Source: Candidatus Undinarchaeales archaeon SRR5007147.bin71
Lineage (GTDB): Archaea; Undinarchaeota; Undinarchaeia; Undinarchaeales; Undinarchaeaceae
Direction: 5' to 3'
DNA length: 47,776 bases
Assembly: GCA_014189675.1 (NCBI GenBank)
Contig: DVAE01000001.1
Location: forward strand, 1 to 47,776
The position numbers and the translations under genes were made by a program. Shown in pieces: positions 46,267 to 47,776 of this stretch. The notes beneath the pieces are model-generated. The model was not told the origin of the DNA. It saw only the letters and a list, made by a program, of their open reading frames with translations, and did not search any database. Every line of letters starts with the position of its first letter. Position 1 is the first letter of the stretch.

Positions 46267-46450
46267 GGGGCTGGAGAGATTTATAACCCACCTTTTTCCA
46301 GAGGAAAAAGTTGGACCAAAAAGCCTCGCCCTGCTCGGCTATTCTTGAGTGGGGCTGGAGAGATTTATAACCCACCTTTTTCCAGAGGAAAAAGTTGGAC
46401 CAAAAAGCCTCGCCCTGCTCGGCTATTCTTGAGTGGGGCTGGAGAGATTT
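46267..46450. repeat. 84-bp perfect tandem repeat (2 full copies + 16-nt third copy that is the 3' end of tRNA-Pro)
   Basis: Copies at 46267-46350 and 46351-46434 are identical by eye. Each begins GGGGCTGGAGAGATTT, which is the complement of the tRNA-Pro acceptor 3' strand, T-stem and part of the T-loop. The third occurrence (46435-46450) is inside the tRNA itself. Confidence 0.9.
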
Positions 46451-46507
46451 GAACTCCCGACCACGTGACCCCCAGCCACGCATCATACCAAGCTAGACCA
46501 CAGCCCC
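46434..46507 (-). tRNA. tRNA-Pro (anticodon GGG)
   Basis: Hand-folded on the minus strand: GGGGCTG-TG-GTCT...; anticodon stem CGTGG/TCACG with loop CTGGGGG; T-arm GGGAG-TTCAAAT-CTCTC; acceptor CAGCCCC; discriminator A. Confidence 0.85.
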
Positions 46508-46568
46508 TTTTTTTAGAAGCTTTTAATGAATCGTAAGAGATATAAGCACTTCTCCCCCCTATAAAAAT

Positions 46569-47141
46569 ATGGCAAGAAAGAAGATTGATTTGGGAGAACA
46601 TTTTTCCAAGCACTTGCATGACATCCTTCTTTATCCGAAGGCAGCAATAAGAAAAATACTCAAAGAAGACCGTAGCACCATAGGGCTATGGGTTCCGGCC
46701 TTTGTTGTAGTGGGAGCTGCCATACTGACTTCGCTAGGAAGCGCTATCTGGAGTATAATAATAACTGATTCAACTTTGATTGGTCTCATGGAGGTAGCGA
46801 AGTTCTATCTGAGCTTCGTAGTTCTTCCTTTCTGGTATCTGAGCTTGTGGATAGTCTGGGCGCTTGCAATACATTTTATGGCTTCAGTATTCACAGGAAA
46901 GGACATAACGAACTGGGATGTCTTCTATAGAACTATGAAAGTAGTAGGAATTGCATGGGCACCACTTTTCCTGAATATATTGCCTTTCTTTGTAAGAATA
47001 ACATGGTTCTGGTGGATTTATCTGGTCTTTTGGGGTGTAAAATACAACTACGGCACATCCAAAAAGACTGCATTCATGGTTGTAGTTCCAGCGCTATTTA
47101 TTGAAGTTCTAAAACTTTACACTTTATTAGCCTCATTATAG
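46569..47141 (+). CDS. Hypothetical polytopic membrane protein (Yip1-like topology)
   Basis: 190 aa with a short soluble N-terminus and then about 5 TM segments. Family is uncertain. Confidence 0.45.
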   Translation: MARKKIDLGEHFSKHLHDILLYPKAAIRKILKEDRSTIGLWVPAFVVVGAAILTSLGSAIWSIIITDSTLIGLMEVAKFYLSFVVLPFWYLSLWIVWALAIHFMASVFTGKDITNWDVFYRTMKVVGIAWAPLFLNILPFFVRITWFWWIYLVFWGVKYNYGTSKKTAFMVVVPALFIEVLKLYTLLASL

Positions 47142-47179
47142 GCAGATTTTTAACTCTGCTGATTTATTAATCATCTATT

Positions 47180-47263
47180 GCGGGGATTCCAGAGCGGCCA
47201 AATGGGCAGGATTTAAGCTCCTGTGGCTTAGTGCCTTCGTGGGTTCGAATCCCCCTCCCCGCA
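47180..47263 (+). tRNA. tRNA-Leu (anticodon UAA)
   Basis: Hand-folded. Acceptor GCGGGGA/TCCCCGC. 3-bp D-stem CCA/TGG. Anticodon stem CAGGA/TCCTG with loop TTTAAGC. Long variable arm. T-loop TTCGAAT. Discriminator A. One U-C mismatch in the T-stem. Confidence 0.8.
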
Positions 47264-47264
47264 C

Positions 47265-47269
47265 TTTTT
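47265..47269 (+). terminator. Oligo-T tract immediately after tRNA-Leu
   Basis: TTTTT starts 2 nt after the discriminator base. Confidence 0.3.
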
Positions 47270-47311
47270 ACTTTGTTATTATATAACACTTAATCTTATG
47301 GAATAATATAT

Positions 47312-47632
47312 ATGAAGAAAAATATTTTTGAGGGTGTTCCAGAGAATCTTGAGCTCAGTGAAGAATTTATTGATAAAATTATCAATACTGAGAATCTTAT
47401 CATTAAGAGAATTATCTCAAAGGGGCACAAATCTCCTAAAGGTGAGTGGTATGACCAGGATAAAAACGAGTGGGTATTGTTAATTAAGGGGAGTGCAAGA
47501 CTTGCCTATGAAGATGGTGAGAAAATAAGCCTTAGCGAAGGAGACCATATTAATATTCCAGCACATACAAAACACCGGCTTGACTGGACTGACCCTGAAC
47601 AAGATACTGTATGGTTACTTGTGTATTATTAA
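47312..47632 (+). CDS. Cupin-domain protein
   Basis: 106 aa. GDHINIPAHTKHRL is a cupin motif 2-like segment. A TTATTATATAA element sits about 28 nt upstream. Confidence 0.65.
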   Translation: MKKNIFEGVPENLELSEEFIDKIINTENLIIKRIISKGHKSPKGEWYDQDKNEWVLLIKGSARLAYEDGEKISLSEGDHINIPAHTKHRLDWTDPEQDTVWLLVYY

Positions 47633-47639
47633 ATAAAAT

Positions 47640-47774
47640 CTAAATTTCCAAGTCGTCGATTTTGGCAGCCATTATAAAATCATTTACGCTGAGACCGCCA
47701 ATAGCATGTGTCCAGAATGTTATCTTGACTTTTCCCCAGGTAAAATCTATATTCGGATGATGCCCCTGCTCTTC
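47640..47774 (-). CDS. Pterin-4a-carbinolamine dehydratase (PCD/DCoH), 5'-truncated by window edge
   Basis: Hand-translated minus strand: EEQGHHPNIDFTWGKVKITFWTHAIGGLSVNDFIMAAKIDDLEI*. It matches the HHP...TH..GGL...D signature of PCD. Confidence 0.75.
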   Translation of the reverse strand, partial: EEQGHHPNIDFTWGKVKITFWTHAIGGLSVNDFIMAAKIDDLEI

Positions 47775-47776
47775 CG

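Noticed and set aside
46267-46450. Possible CRISPR array or integrated mobile element at tRNA-Pro.
   Set aside because: The units are directly abutting identical 84-bp copies with no unique spacers. No cas, integrase, transposase or other mobile-element genes are nearby, and proS follows immediately. At most this is an att-like scar.
46033-46486. 139-aa (+) and 74-aa (-) ORFs spanning the 84-bp repeats and part of proS/tRNA-Pro.
   Set aside because: They are translations of the tandem repeat and of the antisense strand of proS. They overlap a tRNA gene and have no plausible start context.
1-47776. Alternative genetic code or recoding (stop-codon reassignment, selenocysteine).
   Set aside because: TAA, TAG and TGA all terminate well-conserved genes at the expected lengths. 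aRF1 has a standard NIKS motif. No in-frame stops were seen in conserved genes.

Overview
AT-rich, very compact archaeal chromosome segment. Archaea-specific markers include eL14, eL18, aIF5A, aRF1, Cbf5, Nob1, RtcB/archease and Rpo10/RpoN. Many genes have ATGA/TAATG stop-start overlaps, and many have a TATA-like box about 25-35 nt upstream of the ATG.

Content in order:
- The distal part of the main ribosomal-protein operon: uL18-uS5-uL30-uL15-SecY-Adk-DUF106-Cmk-eL14-Cbf5-methyltransferase-tRNA-Ser.
- A small accessory-looking locus: flavin reductase, VRR-NUC-like nuclease, a mini zinc ribbon and a tandem structured RNA candidate.
- gpmA, a VIT1 iron transporter and an FNR-like reductase.
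- One long minus-strand block: HTH regulator-sufB-sufD-sufS-sufU-sufC-archease-rtcB.
- Membrane proteins and RNase Z.
- A P-loop ATPase/wHTH gene plus an unknown zinc-ribbon gene, fused into an operon with MTHFS-glyA-folD.
- Three cation transporters, then aIF5A-agmatinase.
- SpoIIM-like paralogs, Nob1, an AI-2E transporter, a transglutaminase-like protein, aRF1, ValRS, an MBL hydrolase, tRNA-Ala and an IMPase.
- Two divergent surface-protein genes.
- eL18-uL13-uS9-RpoN, then ProRS, tRNA-Pro, tRNA-Leu, a cupin and a truncated pterin dehydratase.

No CRISPR array, integrase, transposase or recognisable defence genes were seen.

The most unusual items:
1. A tandem pair of 111-nt-spaced RNA-like units (9057-9260). 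Both have covarying stems, conserved junctions and UUCG/GAAA tetraloops, and they lie just downstream of the VRR-NUC and zinc-ribbon genes.
2. Two perfect 84-bp tandem repeats, each starting with the 3' end of the adjacent tRNA-Pro, lying between that tRNA and proS.
3. An atypical P-loop ATPase-wHTH gene with an uncharacterised zinc-ribbon partner.

All functional calls come from reading the translated ORFs and the sequence by eye. No database search was possible.
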